Part shown: in pieces, positions 48,637 to 61,391 of the stretch
Numbering within the stretch: position 1 is the stretch's first letter
How the letters are laid out: each line of letters begins with the position of its first letter
Source of the DNA: Callorhinchus milii
Lineage: Eukaryota
Reading direction: 5' to 3'
Assembly (NCBI RefSeq): GCF_018977255.1
Contig: NW_024704742.1
Location: 107,448,001-107,512,000, forward strand
DNA: 64,000 nt
Program-made: the position numbers and the translations under genes
Notes under the pieces: model-generated
Database searches by the model: none
Seen by the model: the letters and a program-made list of their open reading frames with translations, nothing else
Told to the model about the DNA's origin: nothing

Positions 48637-51600
48637 CAACAACAACAACAACAACAACAAGATTCCATTTATAGAGCGCCTTTCACGTCAGGAGGACGTC
48701 CCAAGGCGCTGCACAGTTGGGTCATGACCCGAGCAGGGGGGAAATGGTGAGGGTGAGGGGAGGGAAGGGAGGGAGAGAGGAGGGGGGAAATGGTCAGGGT
48801 GAGGGGAGGGAAGGGAGGGAGAGAGGAGGGGGAAATGGTCAGGGTGAGGGGAGGGAAGGGAGGGAGCGAGGAGGAGGAAGAGAGTCGAGAGGGGAGCTGA
48901 AGGCACGGTCAAAGAGAAAGGTTTTGAGACCGGCCTTGAAGGAGGAAAGGGAGGAAGCAAGGCGAAGGCACTGGGGGATGGAGTTCCAGAGCCTCGGGGC
49001 TGAGAGGCTGAAGGCCCGACCACCGATAGTAGGGCGGTTGGGGCGGGGGACGTGGAGCAGACCGGAGCCAGAGGAACGGAGGGTACGGGCAGGTAGGTAG
49101 GGGGATAGTAGGTTGGAGAGGTAGGAGGGAGCAAGGCCGTGAATGGCCTTGTAGGTGAGGATGAGGATCTTGAAATCAATCCTCTGGGGGATGGGGAGCC
49201 AGTGGAGGCGAGCGAGGGTGGGAGTGATGTGGTCCCGAAGCCTGGTGCGGGACAGTACACGAGCTGCAGAGTTCTGAATGACCTGCAGCTTGTGGAGGGA
49301 GGTGGCGGGAAGGCCGGCGAGGAGAGAGTTCCCATAGTCCAGCCTTGAGGTGACAAAGGCGTGAACCAGGGTTTCAGCAGCGTGAGGGGTGAGGTAGTGC
49401 CGTAATCTGGCGATATTCCGGAGGTGATGGAAGGCGGTGCCAGTTGTGGTGCGGATGTGAGGGAGAAAGGACAGCTCAGGGTCGAACAAAACGCCGAGGT
49501 TCCTGACTGGCTTTGAGAGGTGGAGAGTGCAGCCTTGGATGCTGATGGTGTCAGCGCCTGAGGTGCGGAGGCGCTGACGTGAGCCAATCAGGAGGGCCTC
49601 GGTTTTTCGCACGTTGAGCTGAAGAAAGTTGTCTCTCGTCCAGGACTCGATGTCGGACAGGCAGGCTGTCAGGACATCGGTGGTCGTGGAGTTGAGAGTA
49701 GAGGAGGAAAGGTAGAGTTGGGTGTCATCCGCATACATGTGGAAGTTAACCCCATGTTTGCGGATGATGTCACCGAGGGGGAGCATATAGAGGGTGAAGA
49801 GGAGGGGACCGAGGACAGAGCCCTGAGGGACACCACATGAGACAGTACGGGGGGTGGAGGAGAAGCCATTCGTTGAGACGAAGTGAAGACGGTGGGAAAG
49901 GTAAGAGCTAAACCATTCAAGGACAGTGCCTTGAAGGTTGAGGTGGGAGGACAAGCGGTGGAGTAGGATAGCGTGGTCGACCGTATCGAATGCTGCCGAT
50001 AGGTCGAGGAGGACGAGGAGACAGAGGGAGCCCTGGTCACAGATGGTCAGGATATCATTGGTGACCTTGACCAGGGCAGTTTCTGTGCTATGAGCAGCAC
50101 GGAAACCTGACTGAAGGGGTTCAAAAAGAGAATGGGTGGAGAGGAAAGAGCGCAGTTGGGAGGCGACAACTCTTTCCAAGACCTTGGAGAGAAAGGGGAG
50201 GTTGGAGATGGGCCGGTAGCTTGATAGCTGCGACGCATCAAGGGAGGGTTTTTTCAGGGTGGGCGTGATGATGGCAGTTTTTAATGGAATGGGGACAGAG
50301 CCAGAGGAGAGGGACAGGTTTATGATGTCAGTGATGTGTGGGGCAAGAAAATGGAGCTGGGAGATAAGGAGTGGAGTGGGGATGGGGTCAAGGGAGCAGG
50401 TGGTTGGTTTTAGGGATAGGATGAGTTCAGTGACAGAGGGTGGGGAAACGGGTACGAAGGTGTGTAGGGGAGGATGGGTAGGAGTCGGAGTGTGGGAGGG
50501 AAGGGGTGGGTGGTGGGTGGAAGTTGGAGGGGAAGTGACCGCGGAGCGGATTCCCTTGATCTTGGATTCAAGGAAATCCAGCATCTCCTCGCAGTGAAGG
50601 TTGGAGGAGATGACCTGCGCGGGGTGGCGGGGGGGACGGAGGAGTCGGGATGTGGTGGAAAACAGTAGCCTGGGGTTGTTCTTCGCCTCCAGGATTATCC
50701 TGGAGTAGAAGGACGACTTGGCCGAGGCTAGAGTGGAGCGGTAAATTTTGAGGAGGTCCAGCCAGATTTGTCGGTGGACCGTTAAGCCGGATTTGACAAA
50801 GGTGCGCTCAGCAGCCCGCACCTGGCATTTCAGTGAGCGGAGGTGGGTGGTGTACCAGGGGGAGGAGCGGGAGTAGGAGACAGTGCGGGAAGTGATGGGG
50901 GCAAGAGTATCGAGTGTGGAGGAGAGGATATTGTGGAGGAGGGAGAGAGGAGAAGAGGGGTCGGTGAGGGTTGAAGGCCAGAGGGAGAGGAGTTCAGAGG
51001 ACTCCAAGGCATCGGTTAGGGATTGTGGGGGTAACTTCTTCCAAGGGCGGTAGAAGATGGTGGTGGGTCTGGTGGAGGTGGGGAGGGGGGTGGAGGTGGT
51101 GAAGGAGATGAAGTAGTGGTCGGAGATGGCCTTGTCGGTAATAGTGACATCCGAGACACTGAGGCCCCGGGTGATCACCAAATCGAGTGGGTGGCCGTGA
51201 CTGTGAGTGGGGGAGTTTATGTGTAGGGAAAGGTTGAGTGAGGAGAGCAGGGAAGAGAAGTCTGTGGAGATGGAGCAGGAGGGGGTGAAGTGTAGGTTAA
51301 AGTCGCCCAGGATGATGAGGCGATCAGAGGAGAGGCAAAGAGATGTGAGGAGTGTTGAAATGTCAGAGATGAAGGTGGGAGAGGTTTTAGGGGGCCGGTA
51401 GAGGAGGAGGATTTTAAGGGAGAGGAATGAGGGGTGGGAGAGGGTGAGGTGCTCGAAGGAGGGGAAAGAGCCAGAGGAGTAGGGGGATAGGGCAAGTGGT
51501 GTCCTTGAGATAAGGGCAACACCACCGCCACGGCGGTTGGGGCGGGGGATGTGGTGGGAGGTGTAGCCGGGTGGCGTGGCCTCCGTGAGGGGGAAGGTGT

Positions 51601-52095
51601 CGCCTGGGGTGAGCCACGTTTCTGTCAAGGCCATGATATCAACGTTCTCATCAAGGATGAGATCGTTGATGACCAGGGCCTTGTTGCAGAGGGAGCGGAC
51701 ATTTTGCAGTCCGATGTGGAGGGAGCGGTTGACAGAAGGGTGTGTGGGAGGGGAGGGGGGTCCAGGTTGTGAGGCAGGGGTGGGGGAGATGGGGATGAGG
51801 GAGGAGAGGTTGACTCCCCGGGTCTGTGTCCGGGGTGGGTGGCGAGTGTGGTGGGGAATGGGGCAGTCGGTGTGGCTGCTGCTGGACAGCCAACGCCGAG
51901 TGCCGCGGTGAGCCCGGCGGAGGATTCCCAGACTGGAACAGAGGGAGGTTGTGGGAGGGTCAAGTGGGGATAGAAGACGAGAGGGACGGAGAGAGAGGAG
52001 GAGAGAGCGGGAGAGATGGAGAGGGGGGAGGGTTTGGGGGGAGAGAGGAGGGGGGAGGGAGGGAGGGGGTGAGGGGGCTCGGCTCGAAACTAAGA
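48637..52095 (-). mobile_element. Near-full-length, apparently intact L2-clade LINE
   Basis: A single long ORF, a 3'UTR with three copies of a ~46-bp unit, a 3' stem-loop (gcgccttgggacgtc-ctcct-gacgtgaaaggcgc) and a (TTG)n tail. Candidate TSD AATTA at 48632-48636 and 52096-52100. Confidence 0.96.
48839..51634 (-). CDS. L2 ORF: APE endonuclease plus reverse transcriptase (931 aa from the first ATG; the frame stays open upstream to 52105)
   Basis: APE motifs ALTETWL, GGGVAL, YRPP, GDFN, LDLV and SDH. RT motifs [32 protein letters not shown] and YADD. L2 C-terminal motifs [10 protein letters not shown] and LHWLP. Confidence 0.96.
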   Translation of the reverse strand: MALTETWLTPGDTFPLTEATPPGYTSHHIPRPNRRGGGVALISRTPLALSPYSSGSFPSFEHLTLSHPSFLSLKILLLYRPPKTSPTFISDISTLLTSLCLSSDRLIILGDFNLHFTPSCSISTDFSSLLSSLNLSLHINSPTHSHGHPLDLVITRGLSVSDVTITDKAISDHYFISFTTSTPLPTSTRPTTIFYRPWKKLPPQSLTDALESSELLSLWPSTLTDPSSPLSLLHNILSSTLDTLAPITSRTVSYSRSSPWYTTHLRSLKCQVRAAERTFVKSGLTVHRQIWLDLLKIYRSTLASAKSSFYSRIILEAKNNPRLLFSTTSRLLRPPRHPAQVISSNLHCEEMLDFLESKIKGIRSAVTSPPTSTHHPPLPSHTPTPTHPPLHTFVPVSPPSVTELILSLKPTTCSLDPIPTPLLISQLHFLAPHITDIINLSLSSGSVPIPLKTAIITPTLKKPSLDASQLSSYRPISNLPFLSKVLERVVASQLRSFLSTHSLFEPLQSGFRAAHSTETALVKVTNDILTICDQGSLCLLVLLDLSAAFDTVDHAILLHRLSSHLNLQGTVLEWFSSYLSHRLHFVSTNGFSSTPRTVSCGVPQGSVLGPLLFTLYMLPLGDIIRKHGVNFHMYADDTQLYLSSSTLNSTTTDVLTACLSDIESWTRDNFLQLNVRKTEALLIGSRQRLRTSGADTISIQGCTLHLSKPVRNLGVLFDPELSFLPHIRTTTGTAFHHLRNIARLRHYLTPHAAETLVHAFVTSRLDYGNSLLAGLPATSLHKLQVIQNSAARVLSRTRLRDHITPTLARLHWLPIPQRIDFKILILTYKAIHGLAPSYLSNLLSPYLPARTLRSSGSGLLHVPRPNRPTIGGRAFSLSAPRLWNSIPQCLRLASSLSSFKAGLKTFLFDRAFSSPLDSLPPPRSLPSLPSP

Positions 52096-53364
52096 AATTA
52101 GTTTCTTAAAAGGTGTTAAGAAGGAAAAGAAAGTTGCAAGCTATTAAAAATATATAATCCTGGTCAAAGTGTACCACAAGTATTGAAATAAGGACTTGTT
52201 TTCATAGTAATGCATGAGTGTTAATTATATTCTATACTCTTTGCATCAGTATGAATTATCTTCTGCATGCTTCCACTGAATGCTATTTGCTAATCTTTCC
52301 AAATGCTAAGTCTCTTAAATCCCTTTTTCGTTGATAACTCTGTTTTTCCCCTTCAACATGATTTCCATCCAGCAAATGTAGAATTCCTGTTCACAATTTC
52401 TCACCGAGGTCATTAATTAGGATTAGCTGCTGAGCAGGTGTTCCAGATGCTAAAATGATTGAATTGTTCATGAGCAAATGTTCCTTTTATAGGATATCTC
52501 GTTTTATTAGGTGCCTATTTATTGGAGTGTGTTCACAGTTCTTTCTATGTAATGTTATGTGTTGGGTTTAGAATTTGCTTGCAATCAATTGCAGATTATT
52601 TCTTGATTAATATGCAGTGATGGTATCACACTCATTAATCCTCCCATGTGAGCTTCATCATGTATCAAGGATATGGAGCATATTGCCGGCTACTACTAGA
52701 CAGCGATGAAACATTATTTAAAAAACTTAATGTAAATTGGAAACAATGCAGAGTATAAACCATATCAGACACAAGGGAGTGAATTATCTGTAAGGAATTG
52801 TTTATTTCTAATATATCGTCTATTGATTACTTTTAACTAATACATGGAGACACATGATATAATATCAGAGGTTCAGCTGGACCAGTATATAGGTTTCTGT
52901 AAAACACTATTGAGTAATAGAAGCACGTGTTATTTGTTTAATAATAATGCTTGATGAGGCGCCTTATCACACCAACGAGACAACTCAAAACACTTCACAG
53001 GATTTACTGTAAAGCGTATTGTAAAGATTACAAAACAAAAAAAATTACAAAGGTGATTTTGTTTTGCTTATATGTACAATAAAGCTTGCATTATATATAG
53101 CATTCTTCACGAGGATAGCCTCTCAGAGCCCTTAAGAGTGGTGTAGTTCGACACTAAGCTGGAAAGATAGGGGAGGAGAACAAAGGCAAGTGAGATTTGA
53201 AGATGTAAAAGAGGAGATAAGATGAAGGGATTGAAGCAAGGAGTTCTAGATATTTGGGGCATAGTGGCTGAAAACATGGCCATCATTGGTGGAGCAGAGG
53301 GGTTGAGGGATGTGAAGAATACTCAAATCAGCTGAGTAAAGGCATGGGTAGTGGAGATGGTGTA

Positions 53365-53825
53365 ACAATAACAGCAACAACAAAAATTACATTTGAAAAG
53401 CACCTTTCACGTTGGGAGGGTGTCCCAAGGCGCTGAACAGTCGGGGATCATGACCTGAGCGAAGGGGGAAAGGTTGGGATGAAAGAGTATGAGGGCGGCT
53501 AAAGGCACGGTAGAAAAGGAGCGTCTTGAGTTATGCCTTGAAGGACAAAAGGGAGGGAGCAAAGTGAAGGGATTGTGGGATGGAGTTCCAAAGGGCAGGG
53601 GCAGAGAAGTTGAACGCCTGGCTGCCGATGGTAGGGTGGGTTGGGCGAGAGAGATGGAGCAGTCCGGAGCCTGCTGAATGGAGAGAGCAGATAGGTTGAT
53701 AGAGGGTCATCATGTCAAGGCCAAGGAGGGCCTTGAATGTGAGGACGAGGATTTTGAATTCTATCCTCTGAGGGATGTGGAGCTAGTGGACCTGGGCGAG
53801 GGTGGGGGTGATGGAGTCACGGAGC
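53365..53825 (-). mobile_element. Older L2 3' fragment
   Basis: SAGSGLLH...AFNFSAPALWNSIP plus the tail. Confidence 0.82.
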
Positions 53826-54608
53826 ATGGTAAGCAGATTGAAGCGGTAGAGAGGTGCCAGGGCATAGAGTGATTTGAAAGTGACAGTGAAAATCTTGTAA
53901 TATTTAAACCAGCAGAGTCAGGTGTAGCTTTGGTTTCTCATTGTTACAGTAAAACTCAAAGGTTTTTTGAGATTGTTTCTTTAACTAGCAATGTCAATGT
54001 CATTCCATCCTTGTTTGACCTCATGCTAGATTCTTCCTAATTGTAGGTTTAAGAGTAAACTGCAATACAGTTCCTGCTAGGCGCAGTATGGGGGAACCAT
54101 TCCTGTTCCAAATGTCACGGATCTCATATCCATATGGAATCCTCCACAACCAAGGCCACCTCTTGCTCAAAAAAAAACAAGAGTTTTTCCCTCTTCAGAT
54201 GCTATTCATTCTGTCAGCAGTGACGTATAATGGCCAAAGACTTCATTGAAGACTTGGTCATATACTCAGCTGTGATTAACAATAATGTCCCTGTATTTGA
54301 TATAGCGCCTTTCATGTTGGGACGACATCTCAAAGCATTGCAGGATTCTACTGTAAAGTGTAGTGACTAAATCCCTATGTGACTTCCAGTTAAACAATGG
54401 ATCGACTTCGAGATTCCCCACTCTCACCTTCAATTCACTTCACAACCTGGCAATTTCCTAACATTCCAATTTGCTCAAACCCCACTCCACCATCTGCCAC
54501 TTTCACTCAGCTGACTTGGATCCTCTGCACATTCCTCATGCCCTCCACTCCACTCCAGCAGCCATGCTTTCAACCACTGTGCCCTAAGTCTCTGGAACTC
54601 TCTGCTTT

Positions 54609-55103
54609 ACCACATCACTCCCACCCTCGCTCGCCTCCACTGGCTCCCCATCCCCCAGAGGATTGATTTCAAGATCCTCATCCTCACCTACAAGGCCATT
54701 CACGGCCTTGCTCCCTCCTACCTCTCCGACCTACTATCCCCCTACCTACCTGCCCGTACCCTCCGTTCCTCTGGCTCCGGTCGGCTCCACGTCCCCCGCC
54801 CCAACCGCCCTACCATCGGTGGTCGGGCCTTCAGCCTCTCAGCCCCGAGGCTCTGGAACTCTATCCCCCAGTGCCTTCGCCGCTTCCTCCCTTTCCTCCT
54901 TCAAGGCCGGTCTCAAAACCTTTCTCTTTGACCGAGCCTTCAGCTCCCCTCTCGACTCTCTTCCCCCTCCTCGCTTCCTCCCTTCCCTCCCCTCACCCTG
55001 ACCATTTCCCCCCTGCTCGGGTCATGACCCAACTGTGCAGCGCCTTGGGACGTCCTCCTGACGTGAAAGGTGCTTTATAAATGGAATCTTGTTGTTGTTG
55101 TTG
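54609..55103 (+). mobile_element. Young L2, 5'-truncated (second subfamily)
   Basis: High similarity to the intact L2 but with a 4-bp deletion (cttcgcc-gcttcc) and aactctatcc. Confidence 0.93.
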
Positions 55104-57459
55104 CTTAATCCCTTTGTCTTGTCCCCTCTTTGCCCTTTTTCAAATTACACCTGAAGACTTTTCTCTTAGGCCATGCCTTTGGTCACTGTTAAGCACTCCA
55201 GCATTCTACCCGAGTAATGGGCACCATATCAATACAAGGCGTTGTTGTTAAATGCTGTCAGTTATAATTAGATAAATTGGAGATAAATTGCAGTGAATCA
55301 GAATACTCGTCATTCATGCAGGGACCAGCTAAATCCAGGAAAGTGTCTAAAGTTCCTTTACTCTCAGAAACTATGTCACCAGGGCTCATTTTGCACACAT
55401 CTAAGATACTGACAAAAGAAATAAAACTGGAGGTTAGAAAATAAATCCTGGAACAAAGAATCATTGGATTGTGGAATCTGTGATACAAACCGTTGAAGGA
55501 AACCCGGTTTAAAAGGAAACAAAGTAGACGTTTGAAAAAAAAGGACTATTAAATGGAATGGAGAGCGAGCAAGAGAGCAGAGTTAGATTAGGTGGCTCAG
55601 GTGAACAATAACACCAGCTCAAATGTGAGGGGCTGTTTCTCTGCTGTACCGTTCTATGATTTTAAGCAGGTTCTATTTTCAAAATAAATCAGATCATTCT
55701 AAAACACTTCAGTTTGTCCAGAGACTTTTCTTGGATAAACATGTCTTGAACACGTGATGGTTTATGGGCATTAATGAACAGCATTTGACATCTGCTTCAT
55801 TATGAATCTTCCAAACAAAGCTGTTTAAGAGTATGCTGGCATAAATGCTGATACAGTGAAACTGTTTCTCAGAACATGCTTGAAAGAGATGATCCAACTT
55901 GAATCACATAATGATGATATATATACTGAGGGAATAAAAACAAATTAAGGTTGTTTCAAAGATTGACCAAAATTGCTTCCCTATGGCTTAATATTTAAGT
56001 TCAAGCTCCATTTGACTTGGGCAACAGCAGACCAGTAATTAAACCTCCTCCCTGGTCTTCTCTCTGAGTTAAAACGTATAACTAGATTTGGTGCACCTCA
56101 AGCCATGTTTGCTGCTATTTAATATAAAAGGCTGTGCCTGTTATACAATTCCGTTCCATTCCCTGTGGTTTTTGAAAGTCAAGTAAAGTAATATCCATAA
56201 GCTAAAAAATGTAAGTTGGACTCAGTTGGTGGTGCTCTCACATTCTGGGTCAGAAGATTACAGTTTCAAGGTTTCCTCCAATCATTCTTTGCTTGGTGTT
56301 AGTGCTCAGAAATAGAACACATTGGGCCACCATTGATGACATCAGGCAATCTCAAATTAGTTATGACATGAATAGGTCCTTCTACTCTAATTGGTGCTGG
56401 GGGAGCACTATATTGTCAGAAGTGCCAGGCTTTGGATGTGTCACTAAACCTGATCCAGTGAAAATGTGATAAGCTGCTACTATCAATACAATGATTAATA
56501 TTATTACTCAGTCTTAGCACCAGTCAGGAAAAGTTCCATGCCCTACACTTGAGGTTGTTCTGTTGAGTGGTGAAGTAACAGTTGGTGACAGTTCTGTCCA
56601 CTGGGAGTTTGATTGAAAATTCCCAAACCTTAATTCACACATGTAGGGAATGAAGTCATAATAAACAATTCAAAGTTATGAAAGGCAAGTTTAAGATAGG
56701 CACCATGAAGTATTTCTTTACACAGACAGTGACCAACAGTTGGAACATTATCACAGTAGAACTCCTTTATAGTGAAGCAATATGGGTTAACATTAGCATA
56801 AATCGATGCTAGCCATAAATTGTTTAGGAGGCATTACGGATGAGCCGTTGTACTGCTATATATTTTGCATACAATTGAACATGTGTTCTGTTGTACCTTT
56901 AAGTGAAATTTTACTGACAACTCTTGAAACTTTGCAAGAAATGAATAATGTCTATCTTTTCTTTATCTGATGATCTTTTATCTGGGACAGGAATGTAGAA
57001 AAAGGGATCTGTAAATGGGTCACCAAATGTTCTGGATGTCTCAAACAGGATGTAGTAGCAAGGAAGTAATTGATGTGTGAAACATTTGCATGATTGCTTG
57101 CTTAAAAATGATAACACGGGTTTAAGTGCAGTGCTTACCAAATGTGAATATATAATACATATAAACTAATGTGGCATAAATGATGCAAGACAATTGGATA
57201 TTGGCTGGCATACAGAGTTAACCAAGAACAGATATGGTGAACAGAATCAGCACAAGGTGCAAAAACTTGCTTGTTCGCGTGTATAAATATCAGGTACTAA
57301 CCAGTTTAAAGTTGGAACAGACCTGGGATTGAAGACAAGGATAGAAGATAAAGAGAAGAAAGAATCTCTGCTGTAGCTAACGTCATCTTTTTCCAGAATC
57401 AGTAACCATATCTTTCTGTAAACCAATAATGCAATAAAGCTTTGTGGATTAATGAACCT

Positions 57460-57588
57460 GGCAATTGGCTGCCGCGTTCGCCCACAAATATACAGTCAAT
57501 TCACTTTACAGTGTGTTCTGTGAAGCACTTTGGGATGTCCTCCCGACGTGAAAAGCGCTATATCAAATGCAAGGATTATTATTATTAT
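57460..57588 (+). mobile_element. SINE 3' fragment, closely matching the 22137 copy
   Basis: caattggctgccgcgttcgcccacaaatatacagtc...aaggattattattatt. Confidence 0.85.
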
Positions 57589-57756
57589 AAGAGCAATCAA
57601 GAGCTCCTCCACTTTGTGACATCACTGAAATCACCTAACCGGTGGACGTCACTGCACCCCCGTGCAGACAGCTCTATTGTCAGGATGTAGATAATAATAA
57701 TAAAAAGAATAATAATAATAATAATCCTTCCATTTCATATAGCGCCTTATCTTATA

Positions 57757-58560
57757 CAACAACAACAAGGTTACATTTGTATAGTGCCTTTCATGTCGGG
57801 AGGACGTCCCAAGAGTATAGCATTTCAGACCTGAGCTGGGGCCGGGGGGGGAGGGTGGGGGGCGGAAGGAGGGGAGGGGAAGGGGTGTGGCCGATGACAT
57901 AGTCAAAGAGGAGGGTCTTAAGGCGGGACTTGAAGGAGGCTAAGGAGAGGGCGAGGCAGAGTGATTGGGAGATGGAATTCCAAAGGTTGGGGGCAGAGTG
58001 GCTGAAGGCTCTCCCGCCAATGGTGGGTTGGCGGAAGTGGAGCAGGCCAGAGCCGGCTGAGAGGAGGGAACAGGCGGGTTGGTAGGGGGTTAGGAGGTCG
58101 CAGAGGTAGGGTGGGGCGAGGCCATGGAGGGTTTTGTATGTGAGGACCAGGATCTTGAACTGGATCCTCTGAAGGATAGGGAGCCAATGGAGTCAGGCGA
58201 GAGTGGGGGTGATGGGATCACGGAGTTTGGTGCGGGAGAGGACATGAGCTGCAGAGTTCTGGATTATCTGCAGCCTGTGGAGGGAGGAGTTGGGAAGGCC
58301 GTCAAGCAGGGTGTTTGCATAATCGAGCCTGGAAGTGATGAAGGCATGAACAAGAGTTTCAGCGGCCTGAGGGGTGAGGTAGTGACAGAGTCGGGCGATG
58401 TTACGGACGTGAGGGAAGGCAGAGCGGGTCATGGCTTGGATGTGAGGAAGAAAAAACAGTTGAGGGTCGAACAAGACACGTAGGTTCCTGACTGGCTTGG
58501 TGAGTTGTAGTGGTCAACCATGGAGGTTGATGCTGCCAGAGCCTGAGGTGCTGAGGCGCC
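57757..58560 (-). mobile_element. Older L2 3' fragment
   Basis: FDPQLFFLPHI...SRLDYANTLL...LQIIQNSAA. Confidence 0.87.
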
Positions 58561-58810
58561 TTTTAGACGTCTGAAAGTGCTTCACAGAAAATACTGTAGA
58601 GGGAATTGACTATATATTTCATTCCATCTAATCTAAGCAGTAAGATAATTTTGTCTTAAATTTATGATTGTGCAGAATTTCTTAAGAAAAAACCTTAAAT
58701 TTACAAGGTGGTTTTCCACAGATCCTAAAATGTGCATGATCTTAATTGTTAAGGCAAAATGCGTTTACAAGCTGAGACCAGGTGGAATGTCAAGCAAAGG
58801 CTGGTATTCT

Positions 58811-59220
58811 CATCCTCATCCTCACCTACAAGGCCATTCACGGCCTCGCTCCCTCCTACCTCTCCGACCTACTATCCCCCTACCTACCTGCCTGTACCCT
58901 CCACGTCCCCCGCCCCAACCACCCTACCATCGGTGGACTGGCCTTCAGCCTCTCAGCCCCTATGCTCTGGAACTCTATCCCCCAGTGCCTTCGCCGCCTC
59001 CTCCCTTTCCTCCTTCAAGGCCGGTCTCAAGACCTTTCTCTTTGACTGTGCCTTCAGCTCCCCTCTCGACTCTCTACCCCCTCCTCGCTCCCTCCCTTCC
59101 CTCCCCTCACCCTGACCATTTCCCCCCTGCTCGGGTCCTGACCCAACTGTACAGCGCCTTGGGACGTCCTCCCGACGTGAAAGGCGCTCAATAAATGGAA
59201 TCTTGTTGTTGTTGTTGTTG
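58811..59220 (+). mobile_element. Young L2, 5'-truncated, TSD (G)TATTCT
   Basis: TATTCT at 58805-58810 and 59221-59226; carries the second-subfamily variants. Confidence 0.93.
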
Positions 59221-60724
59221 TATTCTGGAAGAATGAGATTGAATAGACTGAAGTATTTTCTTCATCTGTGTTTCATTTGTGATGCTGTGATGTCCTTTGA
59301 CAATTTTTTAAATAAAAAGAGTAAATAACAACAATTGTTTAACATAACCATATTCTTGGTTGAATATTCCCATTTCCTGTCGATAAATGAAGAATTAATT
59401 TTGCATTTGGTATAGCGCTTTGGCAGGTTGTCAAAATGCCTCAAAGCACTTCACAGGATTTTTTTTTACTGTGAAATATAGTGACTGTGTATTTTGTAGG
59501 CAAATTCAATGAGTATCTGTTCGATTCCATGAGTTGGGAAAGGCCAATTTTTCAAAGAAAGTTGCAAAAATATTCCATTAGAATAATACAAGGAAGAAAA
59601 TGCCAAAATGTGGTTTTATGTAAAGTACTTTGGTAATCCTTAAATAACGAGATACAAAGTAACACAGCATAAAAAAAACAGAATGAATCCAACTACCCAA
59701 TAATACCTTTAAAATGAAAAGCAGAAATTCCATTTGTGCGGTTTGCTGAATTTGTTGCAAATAATAGTGGTAAAATCCAATATAGCTTAAATACATAGTT
59801 GTCACCCTTCTTATCAGCTTTATCGGGAGAAACACTGTGATGAGGACAGAAATAGAAAACTATGCGCTGTTCAAATTTCCCTTGCAGGGAAATTGCAACT
59901 TGTCTTGTTTTTGCTGAAGCAAAGAGAACTCCCAACTCAGCTATTTTTGCATGTGTCTCAAAAGTTCCATTATGTGTGCAGTTATTCTGCAAGCTCTGAA
60001 TGCAATTGCAACAGCTGACAATAGAAAGCAACAGAGCATACATTTTGGCAATGCTTTACTCAAATATGAAAGGTCCACTTATTAGCTTCATCACATCGAG
60101 CCCAACTTCCTAACACTGCAATCATTATAGAACCTCAAGCCTACACATAAGTAAGCAATTAGTTTTTGTTTATCAAGTGAATTCTATGTCTTATGTAAGC
60201 AGTTTAAGTCTTGCAATGTGAAAGAATTATTTTAATATGTTCATATGATTTTTGTTGGGTAATGCAAATGCAAATGCTTCTCAATTTCCTATACTGTAAA
60301 CCAGTCAATACCTGTGCTGCACTGTCTATAATTTGATTTTTGAAAAATATTGTTTTAGCTCTTCACAAAAGGGAAAAAGCCACTCGCAAGCATTAAATTG
60401 AATACGTCGGGTGACCAGCTCACCTGCTGTTAACCGATTACACAGAACAATTGTCTGCAATCATTGAGACATCCAGAGTCTGCAAGCTGTACCATTGTAG
60501 CTGTGCTAGAAAAAGTGATCACCAATGAAACAATTCTCCTTCCCTTCTCTCTCCCCCAAAAAAGCAATTCGATAAGAGCTCATTGTCTCTACAGCATCAG
60601 CAGGACATTTTACATTGGGGAGCTTCACAGTTGCATCCAATGTGTCCTTGTCCAATTCCACACATGCTCACTCTTCAACAGATGCCTGTGGTACGATGAA
60701 CAAGAATGAGTCACTTCCTTTCTG

Positions 60725-61066
60725 ATCAGCAGACTCAATTCCGCAGGCTCTGGCCTGCTCCAAGCCCCCCCCCGCCGGTCCCGGCCCACCATCGGTGGTT
60801 GGGCCTTCAGCCTCTCTGCCCCCACCTTTTGGAACCCTATCCTTTTACAGTCCCTTTGCCTTGCTCCCTCCCTTTCCTCATTCAAGGCACGTCTCAAGAC
60901 GCTCCTTTTCGAACCGTGCCTTCAGTCACCCTCCTACCCCATCCCTCCCTCCCCTCCACCCCTCCTGACCCCATCCTACTGCTCAGGTCCAAATCCCTGA
61001 CTGTCCAACGCTTTGGGACATCCTCCTGACGTGAAAGGCGCTATACAAATGTAATTTGCTGTTGTT
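60725..61066 (+). mobile_element. Older L2 3' fragment
   Basis: ccatcggtggttgggccttcagcctctctgcc...gacgtgaaaggcgctatacaaatgtaa. Confidence 0.82.
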
Positions 61067-61391
61067 TAGCAGAAATACTCCCTATACTATTGGTTAGAAA
61101 GTGGAATAGACTCTCAACAAAAGCAATCAAGGGGTTCATGAACTCTTTCAAAAAGAATTGAACAGGTCTCTGTTTGAGTCATCTCTTTGAGAAAAGAAAC
61201 ATACACCTACATATTTGAATGGCTTCTGATACATTCAAATGTGTTGTAACTTGTCACAGACCTACTATTTTGAAATAAACTTAATATTACTCGTTATACA
61301 GTATTTCATTATATATATATATTTAAAAATTTTGCAAATGGAGGGATGTATTATTTGTTCATTATTTTACATCTTGCATTAGGATCTAGAT

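Noticed and set aside
48688..49587. 299-aa Ser/Pro-rich ORF and its repeats (18773, 39990, 61576 etc.)
   Set aside because: An alternative frame of the C-rich L2 strand; it recurs only because the element is repeated.
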